A stretch of 64,000 bases of DNA from Lingula anatina. Its lineage: Eukaryota > Animalia > Brachiopoda. Positions 26,234 to 38,166 of the stretch are shown piece by piece. The stretch covers positions 12,732,567-12,796,566 of the forward strand of contig CM120644.1 in assembly GCA_051362555.1 (NCBI GenBank), read 5' to 3'. The first letter of the stretch is position 1. Each line of letters starts with the position of its first letter. Below the pieces are notes generated by a model that saw only the letters and a list, made by a program, of their open reading frames with translations, made no database searches and was not told the DNA's origin. The translations under genes and the position numbers were made by a program.

Positions 26234-27114
26234 ATGATTTCCAATTGAACTACCTATGTGGATATTTTTACCCTTGAGAATTGACATAAAAATCTAGATC
26301 AAATTTTGATTCAGCGCAGGCCTCTACCACCCAAAAGGCGGTTCCTTTTACCAAGGAGTTATAACTTTTATAACTCCTTCCTTTTACCCCCTCCAAACCT
26401 GCAGGAGGTACTCTAGCACTGTAATATATTTAGGATTGTAAACCACAAAAATAAACGCACATAACACTAAAATAGACCAGATCTACGGTATGATAACACA
26501 GGTGTCCTTTGTTCGTAGAATGATACATTTAGAACCAGTACATTGCTGGTTAACAAAAGCATTGTACTGGCATTTCCTGACTACGGTGGGTATGTGTTAG
26601 TGCACATAATAGCTACGACAACAGTTTCAAATTGGAAAAGAAATTAATACTAGTGAAACTGGTGTGGGATTACGATGTTTTGGCTACTGCGTGGACCACC
26701 GCTGTCAAACTGATGATAACACAGTTTTGCTGTCGTTTACGAGCCGCCGCGTGAAAAAGTCAATTAAGCTGTATCCAACGGTGTTTTTTGCTAATACATG
26801 CTGCATTACGGCAATGCCTGGGGAGGCGTGTTTGCACACAGAATGATTTTAACAAAAATCGCTGATGAATTCTGACACCTTTGCTCAAATTTTTCTGAGG
26901 AACACTAAAATCATTATTCTGTTCATAAGAAAAGTTTTTTTTACGTTTGTTTCACGCTATTCCGTTTTAAGTATCGCGTTTCCTTTTGTTATTATTGTTT
27001 TGACATTAAACGAATGGATCTCAAGTAACTGCTTAATAGTAAAAGAGAAAACAAAAAAAAAAAAAAAAATTAAGATTTGAAATCAAACTTATGATACATA
27101 AAAAACAATATTAC

Positions 27115-27346
27115 CGTATTCAGGTAATGTCCCTTGAAGTCGGAAATGTAATTGGCAGAGCTCAGAGAATGTCACATTGGAAGGAAGGAAAGCTGAATCT
27201 TGACTTGTGGACGAATTCCCGCCACTCTCCTCAGCCACTGACAGCGACCGATGTCGTCGCACTGTTTGGAATCTGGCGCTGGCTTCCGATGAAATAAATA
27301 CAAGCACAAGGCAAAAATGACCGAGAAGATCCATGCCTCCAAACAT
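27115..27346 (-). CDS. CRF/DH44/ELH-receptor-like class B1 GPCR, coding exon 1 (signal peptide, N-terminal extension, first ECD cysteine)
   Basis: Reads MFGGMDLLGHFCLVLVFISSEASARFQTVRRHRSLSVAEESGGNSSTSQDSAFLPSNVTFSELCQLHFRLQGTLPEY, with a hydrophobic signal-like stretch, sequons NSS and NVT, and one Cys. It ends in a phase-1 G|GTAATA donor that joins exon 2 in frame. The start may be ATG 27346 or ATG 27334. Linkage across the 15.9-kb intron is inferred. Confidence 0.78.
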
Positions 27347-28439
27347 ACCACCAGTAGTCAAAGAAAAGTTCCCAGATGAAGCAACCGTTGCTGTTTGCTC
27401 GTTATTTTCTTTTTTATATGTATATATAAACTAACAGTCTTTTCTACTATTGTGCTGTCTACATATTCTTAAAACTCCCCAACGCCTTGAGTATCTACCG
27501 TCTATAGATCACGGTGACAAATGCCACTCGTATTGTTCTGAAGTCTAGCGTGTAACCTGGATCACGCTGAGATAACGATGCACTTCGATCAGTTTTTTTT
27601 TTCCTTCTATTATTTGTCTCTCTCGTTTTTGTCCACAATGGTCACTATAAGTCAGCGTGTCCAATCTTGTCTCATTCAGTTGTAAGCGTTTACCAGCTTG
27701 ACCACTTGGGCAAGTAGAATTGTTACGTGCCACGTTTTTTTCCCGACGGTACCAGATTTTGTTATATAAACGGGGAGTTTTCTTGAGCAGTATTTGGTGT
27801 CAAACTGAGCCAAGAGAGTCCTCCTCACACCGTTATCATACAGGGAAATGATAACCTATAACTAATTGAAAAGAAAGTAGCATACAGCAGGTTATCCCAT
27901 CCACTTCAAAGTCAATTTCGATGTCAGAAAAATCGTTCCTCCGGCGCGTTCTCTCGTCTTGCTCTCTTCAGAATTAATCAGAGGGAAGCTAGCGTCTTAT
28001 AGAAGCAAAGTACTTCAGACGCCGACCTGGTGGCTCTTAAGCACATTTAAGCCTTCAACGATTAACCATCAGTTTTGCGGCGAAACAACTTGCTGCTTGA
28101 AGATCGCATGATCACCGTCTCTGCAACAGTTCATTAAAAATACAAGACTGACAGCGCTGTCGAGCTTTAAATAGCCCATAGCATGGCCAGGCAACTTGGA
28201 GTAATCGGCGTTTATCGTAGGAAACACCAGATCCAGAAATCAACAAACGAGCCACTAAATAGGAAATCCCTCGTTGAAAGAGGCACAGCGATGTTTATAT
28301 GTGCAGCTGATCACTAAACCTGGTCGATGTCCAATGTCTCAGTCAATGTCAAGTGCGTTTGTTTCCAAGAGAATCTTGATGTGCTGTTTGCTAGTGTGCA
28401 GAAGTCATGAACTCTCGGGAATGCTGGTATATTATGCTC

Positions 28440-28700
28440 GCTCTTTGTCCTGTCGTTTATCTGGTCTAAATGCGTCCAGCTTACCTGACGAACACGCCAG
28501 TTACCTGTCGCGTTATGCGAAACGCGCTCCCGTATGCCCTCAGCATTGGACGTTTATGCCTCAGCGTGCACCGAGCCGCGGCGGTAATTATTGACGCTCG
28601 ACGTGCACAATGGCGTTACGTAACGTATAACGGGTTCGTCGAACCATGAAATGATGTATAGGGCCAGAGCGCGACTACCAGAAAGGCCTAGGAAGAGCTT
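28440..28700 (-). promoter_or_regulatory. candidate CpG-rich promoter / non-coding first exon of the GPCR
   Basis: Locally GC- and CpG-rich about 1.1-1.3 kb upstream of the ATG. It carries two minus-strand donors, CAG|GTAAGC (28484) and CAG|GTAACT (28504), and a polypyrimidine acceptor lies near 27856. Confidence 0.4.
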
Positions 28701-29048
28701 ACGGAATATATATGCGTGGTGGAGATTCTCGATATTGACTACGACAATAACAAATAGACATTTAATTTGATAATACGTTCGTGATATGTCGAGTCAATCC
28801 CTGCGTCCTTCGGGGAGAGGATTAGAATTAAAGCCGTGATTGTGTTAGATCGATTTTCTTACGTTAGACTATATGTGTGGGAATATGTCGTTCTATAAAG
28901 TTTCTTTTTGTTAAAAGCTCGTGGTTTTACCTGGAGACATATACCTTTACTGCACTTGACAACAGATTTTTTCTTATTACCTCGGCTTTTTCATAACCAC
29001 CTTCCACCTTTTAAGATTGCTTGATTTTTTTGACAAGCCTTAACACCA

Positions 29049-29227
29049 GTCAGAGAAGATTTCATCAGCTGTGTTAAGTTATAAGAATGATGTGATTTTT
29101 CTTCAGTCAACAGCTAATATTGAGATAGGTTTTACCTCCAATATTTCGATGTCTATCAGGACATCTTCTTCGGGGAATGAGGGAAACATTGGAGGGAAAC
29201 CCTATCTCAATATTAGGTGTTGACTGA
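29049..29227 (-). mobile_element. Penelope-like inverted-repeat remnant with hammerhead-like core, copy A
   Basis: Inverted arms 29103-29147 / 29183-29227. The minus strand reads CCGAAGA-A-GATGTC-ctgata-GACATC-GAAA-TATT-GGAGG. Homologous to 55472-55672. Confidence 0.6.
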
Positions 29228-31860
29228 CATCATTCAACATCAGTCAGTTTTGGTTGTGCAGAAAACTGCTTTTAAGATATCTTGGAATGTATTGGATTCA
29301 GTCGAAACGTCAGATCTGACAACATCATATCATTGCACTGAACCATACAAAAGGTAAAGGTGCAGTAGAAAGTGCCTATAGGCGTGTCATAGCTACAAGC
29401 TGGTGTTATGGTGGGTTAAAGTTACGCCCCCCTCACCCCTTTGTCCGTGTTTAAACCCATTCAACGTAAGCAAATGTTGATACCTCGATCGTGCGCTTCT
29501 ATTACCCTTTGATATTAGGGGTCCCTAAAATACTACACAATATCACACTACTTTTCAACATTTTTGTAACAGACTGCCACTAGCGCACCCTGTGGTCAGA
29601 GAGTATCTATTTACCCAGGTCTATAAACGTGAACAAGTCGTATTCTGCGTGTAAAATAATACTTGTTTAGGCAGGACAACATGTATTATACGCGCGCTTG
29701 GTCGGTTAACAGGCATTCGTGATCACGACCTCGTGAAGAGAGTTCGTTCACCTGTGGTTAAGTGTTCAAGTGATTTACTCTAGACTGGACACTGACGGCT
29801 TTATTTTATTTTATTTTTTTCGATATAACAGTGATGTGAAACCTTCGTTAAAATTGGTGACAATCGGTTATCAATAAAAAAACTCGGCTCTGTTTTTTAT
29901 AAATAGTTACGTGGGGCAAAAGAGAGTTGGAAAGATATCGAAATATGTGATCATAGGCATGATAACGTAGTGACTGTTTGTCTAATAGATTACAAAGCGC
30001 AGAACGATTAGGAAAAATAAACGTCCCAATGAATTATTGAATAACTACACATCCATGTTTGGTAGTCTGTAGTGACTGTCACGTATACATAGGAACAGGT
30101 AGGCGAACACGTCTCTTCTTAGTTATCCACTTAAAGCAGGTAGTAATCCTCTTACTCCGTAAGAACCTGACATAACCACAATCTACTTACGTGCGTAACA
30201 TTAATTAAATCACTAACAAATAGGCCGAAGGAGTTCACGTAATGCAGTGAACGTATTGCGATCAGTTACGCACGGGCGCACCAGTCCCAACCAATACCGA
30301 TTTACGCAGTTGAGGACCAAAGAACGTCAGTGCAGGGTAGTTTAACGCACCGAGTGTGGCTGCATTGTTAGAGAATTCATGAATATTTCAGGGAAACGGG
30401 GAAAAAACAATGAACGCCCTTGTCATTACATAAAGGATGTCCTATGTAAATAGTCAATAAATTCCGGGCGCGGACCGCTCGAGGGGCTGCCAGGGGTATT
30501 ACTACCCTGGACAGTGAAGAGCAAATAAGAGCACTTAAAGTCATACCTGTCCTGACAACCACACACACACACACGCACGCACAAACACACACGTGCACAC
30601 GCACAAGCACACGCAATCACACACACAGGCAAATACTTACAAAATATTTCCCTCTCTCACTCTCACTCTCTCTCTTTTTCTTTTACCTTTCACTGTTCGT
30701 GTGTGATAGAGAATGAGAGAGAGAGAGAGAGAGACAGAATGAGAGAGAGAGAGAGAGAGAGAGAGAATGCTCATACTCCTCAAATCGATACTCAAATCAA
30801 AGCCCAGGCTGCTGTGCATGCTGACAGAAAATATATCCCTCTTTATCTTTTAGCAGGCAAGAGAAGAAAAATCACATCCATTACTGCTGGAGACTAACTA
30901 AAGTAACGCCAGAAGCACCAACGTTGTCTTCTAATCATTGCCTTAATGGCAGGGAGGATGCCTCTAATACAGGTTTTACTCTCCGTACTGATGATCACGG
31001 AAATGATTGACAGCCGTCTATGAGCTAACGGTGATGCTGAAAACCAATGATGTGCGTATAGCCTGACTCTCCTTTTGCACTGCCAGAAGAGCGTGGAGAG
31101 AGAATAAAACTGTGACTTGAAAAAAGAAACGACTCTTGTGCCCATGTTATCATAACCAAAAAGTTCCAAAAATAAAGGATTTTCCGTATGATAACGCATC
31201 AGTTAGTTTATTTACATAAAATTTGCAGTCCTGTTGCTGCATTATTTTGGGGGTTGTTTCCGTCTATAACTACCATTCGATGTCTATTTAACCATTTCAA
31301 AACTCGAATTGTGTAAAAGCAAAGAAACTACAATCTAGTTATGTAACAGCGCCGAATTCTACGTTGTTGTGACGTCAATGCCATTCGAGGACTGTAATCG
31401 ATGTTACCCGCCCCCCCCCCCCCCTGAAGCCACGCTACCCTGCATCCAACGCAATTAACTTGCCCTCCGAGTTACTCCATAAATCTGGACCTTGTTCGAG
31501 ATTACAGGCAAATTACGATAATGTCCGACAATGACTTTTTCGATCCCTAATGCTGCGATTTGAGTACCTTTAATTGGCTCGCCGTTATTTCCGATAATGA
31601 TAGATTGGAGCGGTCAAACCTGCAGGCAGACTGGCCGTACTTCATCCGCGGCTGAAATGTTTGCTTTAATAATGACTTTTTCTGGACATTAAGAGGCTGA
31701 AATGTACAGAGGTTAAAGCCAGACACGCCTGGTAGAAAGCTCTTTACACGTGAATGGGCATTCATAAAAACTTCAGTTATTCCAAGACAGCTGTATTTAG
31801 TGGGATACCCTCGAAAGAGTTAATGATGATTCCCTATAATGTACATGTTTAATGGCAACA

Positions 31861-31865
<5 letters not shown>

Positions 31866-31910
<45 letters not shown>
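31866..31910. repeat. (AG)n microsatellite
   Basis: Perfect dinucleotide run. Confidence 0.95.
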
Positions 31911-31912
<2 letters not shown>

Positions 31913-32299
31913 GTTGCTTTCTATCACTTTTAAATTAAATAGAAGCACAGAGTTCAGTCATTAGAAATTGAAACAAATCACACTATTACCGGAATAACGG
32001 AGCAAAAACATTGCATTTTATAAATGACAAAATTCCAAACGTATTATAAATGTCCCTGTTGGTAACGTTTCCATAGCGACTCGGGACAAAAACTGGTTTT
32101 CAATGCACAATTCTCCCCGCTGTAAGCCATCGTCCTGGAGCTTAGACTAACGGTCAGTTTCTCAACTTGTATTTCCTGGTCTTTTCAATCAAAAAAAACA
32201 AAAACAAAAAAAAAAAAAACTGATTCCACCAAGGCAGCTTAATTCTCGTCATTGATAAATAAATAAACTAATCAATGTGATCACCACCAAAACCTAACG

Positions 32300-32426
32300 A
32301 TTTTAAATCAGCACGTTTCTGACCTAACCTGTAAACTTTATTCAAATCCGTCCACAATTCTTTGAATTAAAATGTTAACTAACAGACCAACGAAGGCAAA
32401 AACATAACCGCCTTGACGAAGGTAAT
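32300..32426. mobile_element. fragment of a non-autonomous DNA element (Helentron/HINE-like end)
   Basis: Ends in AAAACATAACCGCCTTGACGAAGGTAAT, a short terminal hairpin resembling an end motif common in invertebrate and fish repeats. Recalled from memory, not searched; the left boundary is uncertain. Confidence 0.4.
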
Positions 32427-34448
32427 GGCACAATTAAAATTATATAATGTAATAGACTAACAGATCTTGAAAATGTCATGAACATTCTTAACAATGGCTG
32501 TGCGTGTTCTAGGGGAATCTTGTTCACACATATGAGATGTATCGATTTTCCCCTTATGACAAATGCGGCATAGAATTCGCAAGATAGGTGGGAAATACTA
32601 GCTTTTTAACCGACTCATCGCATTGATTTCCGCTCCAAGAAACTAGAAATATGCCGATTTGAAGCCAAGCACGGTAAGGCACGCATGCTCCAGGGAAAGT
32701 TCAGTTAGGGCCATAGGCAACCAAGCAGAAAGATTTACGAGTTTTTATTCCTTGAGAAACGTAGAAACGTTGAAGATGAGATATTCATATTGGATCACAC
32801 AAAAGGTAGTCAAGCGCAACAATTTTGGCCATTAAAACGTGCATAGATACTAATTATTTTCGTGGTTATTTCTCAAACGTTTCCAACGGCAAACACTGAA
32901 GATTATCTGGTTTTATGATACTTGCGTTTTATACTTCCTTTTTATTGAGGCATGGCCGGGAAAACAAGTTTTTATTAATTTTCTTGAGGAGTTCAAATGT
33001 TTGCTGATGCTTACCTCTTTTGACCTGCCATTTTAGAAATAATATTGATTTGAGAACATTCGTTTTTACGAGTAGCAAATGTGGCAGTTTATCTCACCAG
33101 CATGTACTGCATGAAATAATTAGCAGTACTAAGAACGATATTACTTAGAAGGGGATTCAAAGACGATGAATTACTGCACAAGGTGCAATTTTTCGTTTAG
33201 GTCAAAGCATACGTGAAGCTGGGCTAAAGGTTTAGATCAAAATCATCTAAAATAGCCTAAAGTCTCGCGACGTACCGTTGATTCGAGCGATATTTCGGAT
33301 TCGTACATTGAGTAGTATTGTAGGTGAGTGGGGTCAGAAATAATGGCAGACTAGTGAGTGTGGTGTGCAATCAAATTCAAGCTAATTAACATAATTTATC
33401 AACGGGTATTCAGGTTATTGTCTCGTACTTTGAAGTCTTGTCGAATTGCCTGTATATTGTTTTTTAAGATGACATTCCCGGTGCAGAGAGATTTACCTTA
33501 ACGCTGAAAACCTAACTCAGCTTCACGCGGATTCTCGCAAGTTCGCGAGTCTTTTAACATGTCATGCCGAGGCGACAGCCTCGTTTTAGAAGTTCGTATG
33601 AGTTCCATTCGTAGGCTAAACTTATTTTCTGACACGAGATCCTGGCTACGTACATGTACATTACTTGCAATGGGTGTGGTAATAGAAACACAGTTTTGTT
33701 GTTTTTGTTCAGCTAATCGCAAAGTTATGGATTGTACAGAGCTAAGTCCCACTTATATAGTGTTACAAGTAGCACAGGGATAGCCTACGTTGCTCCAAAT
33801 TGACTGGAAATCAGACCATACATACAATAGATGTTTCGACGTTTCGTTAAAGAAAAAGGAATTGTCATTCTACTATGGAAACGAAAACGAGAAGTCAAAG
33901 GAGGGCAATGAAGCACGTAATTTATTACCGTGTTACTACGAGTATTCCCTTTCTCCGAAATGTGCCTCATTTCCTTTTCCATCAGAGCGACCCTAATAGA
34001 CCGGGCCTCATGATTATTTTCAAGTATGGCTTACGCGCTGTCCATAAATGTCGGATAATAAGGAAATGAAACGTCGAAAGTATTTTCTCAATTTCCAAAG
34101 AAATCCAAAAGACGGCAAGGTTACAAATAGGATATCTGGTGGTGTGAAACGTTGCAAAAGAAACTCAGGTCGATTTTACTTGCATACCGGGCTAGCACAC
34201 ACACAGACACACCCACATGGAGAGAGAGAGACCGGAACGTTATTTGAAAACCTCATATTCCTGACTTAAATTTTACCATCCGCATAAATTGTTTACGAAT
34301 TTTCAAAAGCTTATTTGGGTCTATTTTTATTTTTTCTTTTCCAATGCAGACTGCTCCTGCTCAGGTTTTAAAGGGGGGGGGCATAAGATTGTGCACTGCT
34401 AAGACGTTAAAGAAACGTAGGTCTACTAAGCTTGTTTTAAATAACTAA

Positions 34449-34673
34449 GACCTCATTCCCATAGATTTTAGATCGATCTATCCCTGTGGGGAGTCTCACT
34501 AGATTACTGTAAGCTTAGCCGGCTTAAGCGTCTGTCCCGCCTACTAATAGCTATAAGGGGGTAATTAACTACGGTGCGCGCTCGTCTGACTGCAATTTAG
34601 CGTGAACCCCCAGGGAGTTAGGTCGATCTAAATCTAAATCTCTGGATCGATCTAAATTTCTGGGAATGCGCCC
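34449..34673. mobile_element. PIF/Harbinger-like MITE (GATCGATCTA family)
   Basis: TAA|GACCTCATTCCCATAGATTTTAGATCGATC ... GATCGATCTAAATTTCTGGGAATGCGCCC|TAA: imperfect TIRs with a TAA duplication. Confidence 0.75.
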
Positions 34674-36306
34674 TAAGATTACAACATTTCCTTTTCGACT
34701 GACTTTATCCACCACAGCGTATAGACCAGAGAATAATGCTATTAGGGGTGCAGTTCATGGAGGCAGACAGTACACGGAAGCAGGTAGTTTGTGCGCATGA
34801 GGCACACACCTAAACCTTGAATAGGAAAAAAATATGAAGCTTCCGATGGACTGGGAGAAAAGAAAGGCATTTTTTTTCAATCACCCACCCCCCTCCGCAA
34901 CCTACGGGAGTTTAGACTAAGTTTACTTATTTTATGTTTTATTCAAAGGGCAGAATAGTTGTAACTTGGAAAACATTCTTTTAAGATGGCTAATATTTAA
35001 GGAAGAAACAAATGGAAAACGGTCAGAAAGCCTGACGTGTATCTACGCGTTTCGTATCGATCCTCTTGGCTTTCGTTTGTCATATGTCCAGTTGTGAACA
35101 AAGCCGTGGAAATTGAACTACGCATTTTGACAACAATAACCTCGTCAATCATGAAATTAGATGGTTATCATCACCTTATGTTACTTTAACGATGCTCTCC
35201 CTCTTGGTACAAGTATAATAAAGCGTTGTGCAGAACGGACGGCAAATAATGTTACTCGCCCAATTGTGTTATACGAAGTTGTGGTGCAAGCGGCAGCAAT
35301 GGCGTAGCGCACCTAACACACGCAATGGTTGGAAACCATGTTTGATTAAATGTTTGATTTCTATAAAATGTCATTGTAGTCTAGTGTCATGATTTTCTAT
35401 GGAATCAGACAAACTGTTCGCCTTTGTCAATACATGCTGATTTCAAAAATGTTATAAGACATATGTACATATGACATTTTCTACTAGTAGTAGGCTACTT
35501 TCATAAAGAGAACAGGACGTGGGTTTAAACATGTGAATACCAATGGGTTTTTTTCTTGCTTTTAAGCGGCAACAGTACTTGGATATATAGATGACCACGT
35601 AGTTTTCTCTTAAATCATACATTAAAACGCGTAACTGGCAGGTGACCTTTTTGGTATTTCAGAAAGTCGAGGAAGCTAGCAATGGTGTGCCTTAAATCTT
35701 GTCTTATTTCAACACAATAATCCCTCTTCGCGTGCTTGAAGAATTATCAAAGGATATCAAAGTATTTGCAGGATTTCCAAGATAGCAGACGTAAAGCAAA
35801 ATCTCTATACAGATCAAAACATTTTTATATGTAGAGAAGTAGGATAAAACCGGTGTTACAAGTCAGGTCATTGACCTTTAAGACCCCATTCTCACACTTA
35901 GATCGATCTAACAGGATCAGTCCATCTTCGAGGGGTTTCTCGCTAAATCGCTTTCAGCTTTAGCAGCTCTGATGTTTGGCACGCTTACTGAAGCTGTTAA
36001 GGAGTAATTTTAATTGAAACTCGTTTAGCAGCTTCAGTAGGCGTGCCAGACATTTAAGCCGCTTAAGCTGAAAGTAATTTAGCGAGAAGCCCTCGGATAT
36101 GGACCGATCCTGTGAGATCGATCTACACACACTGGACAATAGAAGTGTCACCCCCTAAATCAGAGTAATAAAAGTAGGCAGATCTTGGGTAGTTATAATG
36201 CCTGGTCTACTTATAATGTGACTAATGAGTATAAAACCGCTATACCATGGACTTGTATTGTTGTCTTGTACATGTACAGCAAATGTTATTCCTGTCTTCC
36301 TCCAAT

Positions 36307-38166
36307 ATGGCAAGATACAGGCAATTATCTAACGGTTATAGACGTCAAGTTATTAACCTGAAGAGGCGAAATATATGCGATGTCAGAATATCGATACCGT
36401 TGAATTGTTCAGTCAGAACCGTGCAGAGGGTCTGGTCTCGGTATAGAAACAGTCAAGAGACAAATTGCCTCTGACGGGTCGTCCAAGAAAAACTACTGAC
36501 CTTGAAGGCCGACGACTGATTTTGATGTCCAGGTTGTCAAGGTTCGAAACAGCTTGTCAGTTGACAACACAGTGGAACAATTTCACACATAAGAATGTGT
36601 CTGTGAAAACTTCTAGGCGTCGGTTACATGCACAGAGAGTGTACAGCAGGGTAGCAGGACTGAAACCTCTTATATCGTTACAAAACAGGGAACGTAGAGT
36701 GAACTAGGGCCAACAGGATCTGGAACTGGACAGTCCATGACAATTGGTCCTATATAGTTTTTTCTGATGAGTGTCGCTTTGGTCTGACCTCTGATGACAG
36801 ACGGGTACGATGCTGGCGAACTGCTGGTAAAGCATTTGAAACACATGCACTGAATTTTCGAAACCGGTGTAACATGAAAATCTGACTCCCCAAGTCAAAA
36901 TTTAATAATGAAAATCTGACTACCCCCATGAAATTTTGACTCCCCCTCACAAAACCTTATAAATCTTATTTTATTTGAGTATAAAACCTTTATCTTGTTA
37001 GTATGCATAATGGAGGATACATCGGCACTTCTTGAAAATTTTCATGAAAAAATAAGAAAATTAAAAATGTGCATTTTTCCACCCAATGACTCTAATGGAA
37101 AGGTTATGGGAGTCCAAAGACTGTAAGATGAATACTTGTTTCAAAAATTATTAATTTTCAAAAAAAATTTCAACACCAAACTGAAATACTAACAAAATAA
37201 ACGTCACAATGCAAAACATTTGGAAAACAATGGTATGGTGACTAAATATGAAATAGGGCCTTTCTTCATGGGAGTCCAAATATATGAAGATTTTTCATGA
37301 TTTTTTTTCATTTTTTGCACCCAATATTTTACCACCGACTTTCAAATATTTCCAATATATTTTTCATAAAGTATACTTAAGGGATAGATGTTGAAATGAT
37401 CACCAAATATCAAATAAATAGCTTTTTCATAGGGGAGTCATTGGATGGTAAAATAAACATATTTAATTTTATTATTTTCTCATTAAATTTTCACCTGCAA
37501 ACTAGCAAAAAATGCCAATCTATCCTCCATTATGCATACTACAATATAAAAGTCATATAATCAAATAAAATAAGATTTATTTAGTTTTGTGGGGGAAGTC
37601 AAAATTTCATGGGGGGAGTCACATTTTCATTATGAAAATTTGACTGGGGAGTCACATTTTCATAATGAAAATCTGACTGGGGAGTCACATTTTGGGGGAG
37701 TCAGATTTTCATCATGGTGTGGGGCTGCATCAGCATCCATGGCGTGGGCGAAATGGTAGTGGTTGATGGAAACATGAATCACCAGAAATATATCGATATT
37801 TTGGAGTCAGGCTTGCTACCATCTATTACTAACATGTTTGGTGACAGGAATTATCCATTTGTTCACCAGGATGACAATGCTCCTTGTCACAGTCCCAGAA
37901 CAGTTGATGATTGATTTGACTAACAGAACATTCGCAGGGTGATGTGGCCTGCGCAGAGTCCGGATGCAAACATAATAGAAAATGTGTGAAATGATATGTC
38001 AAAACTTTTGACAAATGCCCGTCCAACCAGCAGACGAACTCTGTTAGATTCAGTGTTTCATGCTTGGGCCAGCATAAGCCCTGAACGCATCAGACAATTA
38101 TATGAATCCTTGCCTCGTAGACTGGCAGCTATTATTATGTCACGTGGCTATGCCACTAAGTACTAA
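36307..38166 (+). pseudogene. Tc1-like transposase pseudogene
   Basis: HTH region, then GRPRKTT, IVFSDECRF, MVWGCIS, QDDNAPCH, WPAQSPDANIIEN and GYATKY*. There are 34 codons between the second catalytic D and the E. It has at least two frameshifts, four in-frame stops and an ~850-bp insertion. Confidence 0.95.
36864..37712. mobile_element. foldback-type non-autonomous DNA element inserted in the Tc1 transposase
   Basis: Imperfect inverted arms of about 230-280 bp with repeated subterminal ATGAAAATCTGACTCCCC motifs. The left end is CCGGTGTAAC; the matching right terminus is missing. Confidence 0.85.

Noticed and set aside
29270-29320. GTCGAAACGTCAG hammerhead-like 3' half
   Set aside because: The 5' core box is not identifiable.
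35040-35085. Hammerhead 3' half CGAAACGCGTA on the minus strand
   Set aside because: No CTGANGA box or stem II upstream, so it is too degenerate to support.
36870-37712. CRISPR-like or regularly spaced repeat array
   Set aside because: The motifs are inverted subterminal repeats of a foldback element in eukaryotic DNA, without unique spacers or cas genes.
36704-37990. Directed hypermutation (RIP/APOBEC-like) of the transposase
   Set aside because: The stops fall mostly at former Trp codons, which are one transition from a stop. Neutral decay explains this, and no consensus is available to test for bias.
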